Source of the DNA: Podarcis muralis
Taxonomy: Eukaryota
Length of the DNA stretch: 64,000 bases
Direction: 5' to 3'
Assembly: GCF_964188315.1 (NCBI RefSeq)
Contig: NC_135659.1
Location: forward strand, 22,940,001-23,004,000
This document shows, one piece after another, positions 63,471 to 64,000 of this stretch (positions are counted from its first letter, which is position 1; every line of letters starts with the position of its first letter). Under the pieces are notes generated by a model. The model was given only the letters and a program-made list of their open reading frames with translations. It did no database searches and was not told the DNA's origin. Made by a program: the position numbers and the translations under genes.

Positions 63471-63530
63471 CTCTTTTGTGGTTTGCAACTTGAACAGAAG
63501 AAACAGTAGACAAAGCTAATTTTGGAGCAA
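63471..63530 (-). CDS. NTNG1: Netrin-G1 60-nt cassette exon (human exon 7 equivalent), VAPKLALSTVSSVQVANHKR
   Basis: Sense reads cctaatctactcttcattttttaaacctatccag|TTGCTCCAAAATTAGCTTTGTCTACTGTTTCTTCTGTTCAAGTTGCAAACCACAAAAGAG|gtagga. It has a branch-point-like CCTAAT, a pyrimidine tract and AG/GT ends, and is 60 nt, phase 1-1 and stop-free. The peptide matches the netrin-G1d-type insert as recalled. Not in the ORF track. Confidence 0.9.
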
Positions 63531-63856
63531 CTGGATAGGTTTAAAAAATGAAGAGTAGATTAGGAAATTGTCATATAGGTACAAGTTTAAAAAACCAAAC
63601 AGAACCTAAGATGAATTTGTTGCAGCCCTATATAAACTCACATGGGAGTAAATGTTTTGAACTAAATGGGAGTTTCTTTTGCATAGACATGTACAGGATT
63701 GCACTATTGGTAATACTGGATGTGGATATTTATGTATGATATATTTGTAAAATAAAACAGGTTTATCTAAGGAGTTAGGTATTGTGGCTATGAAGCTTAA
63801 ACAGGTGACCTCAGAGAACCCTCACTACTATAAATATAAAGTTAATTAAAACCTTG

Positions 63857-63858
<2 letters not shown>

Positions 63859-63890
<32 letters not shown>
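63859..63890. repeat. (CA)16 microsatellite
   Basis: Read directly. Confidence 0.95.
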
Positions 63891-63894
<4 letters not shown>

Positions 63895-64000
63895 ATGTTG
63901 TTGGGATTTCTCAGTTCCTTTTTCATAACGTAACTTCTGCTGTACTTCCATGCCCTGATCAAGAGATATTCAATAACTTACTTTGCCAAACCTTTATTAG

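Noticed and set aside
23040-63530. Assignment of the gene as NTNG2
   Set aside because: Exons 7, 8 and 10 carry NTNG1-type sequence (CECFGH, YIDLL, NVCDNEL, CHNNVRC.CPAAYTG, and the VAPKLALS insert).
63531-64000. NTNG1 exon 6 (recalled as NPPKFNRIWPNISSLEVSNPKQ) and earlier exons
   Set aside because: Not found in the window; presumably beyond position 64000.
1-64000. CRISPR arrays, operons, rRNA, self-cleaving ribozymes
   Set aside because: The sequence is vertebrate and has no regularly spaced repeat-spacer units. CTGATGA/CTGAAGA hits checked by eye lacked hammerhead stems; an Rfam/Infernal scan would be decisive.

Overview
This is eukaryotic, AT-rich vertebrate genomic DNA. The repeat content (Sauria/Squam1 SINEs, Squam3B-like SINEs with (CTT)n tails, Bov-B, CR1, L2, L1, many MITEs) points to a squamate, probably a lacertid lizard (inference). 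The only recognisable gene is the 3' part of netrin-G1 (NTNG1) on the minus strand. Four coding exons are present, all with GT-AG, phase-1 junctions: a 60-nt cassette exon missed by the ORF track (63471-63530, VAPKLALSTVSSVQVANHKR), laminin-EGF LE2 (55857-56024), LE3 (47115-47252), and the terminal EGF plus GPI-signal exon (CDS 23040-23275). These are followed by a 3' UTR with a likely poly(A) signal at 21955-21960. Exon numbers 7-10 follow the human nomenclature as I recall it. Positions 1 to about 19 kb are repeat-rich sequence downstream of the gene. The best hunt result is a 20-nt motif (19/20 identical) that brackets cassette exons 8-9. Each copy is followed on the sense strand by a 5' splice site and a UGCAUG, which suggests either cryptic stop-introducing microexons or competing RNA-pairing selectors. 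This is a hypothesis: such a match is expected about 0.1 times per window by chance. No prokaryotic features, CRISPR arrays, rRNA or genuine tRNA genes were found. Family names and mammalian comparisons are from recall, not database searches.
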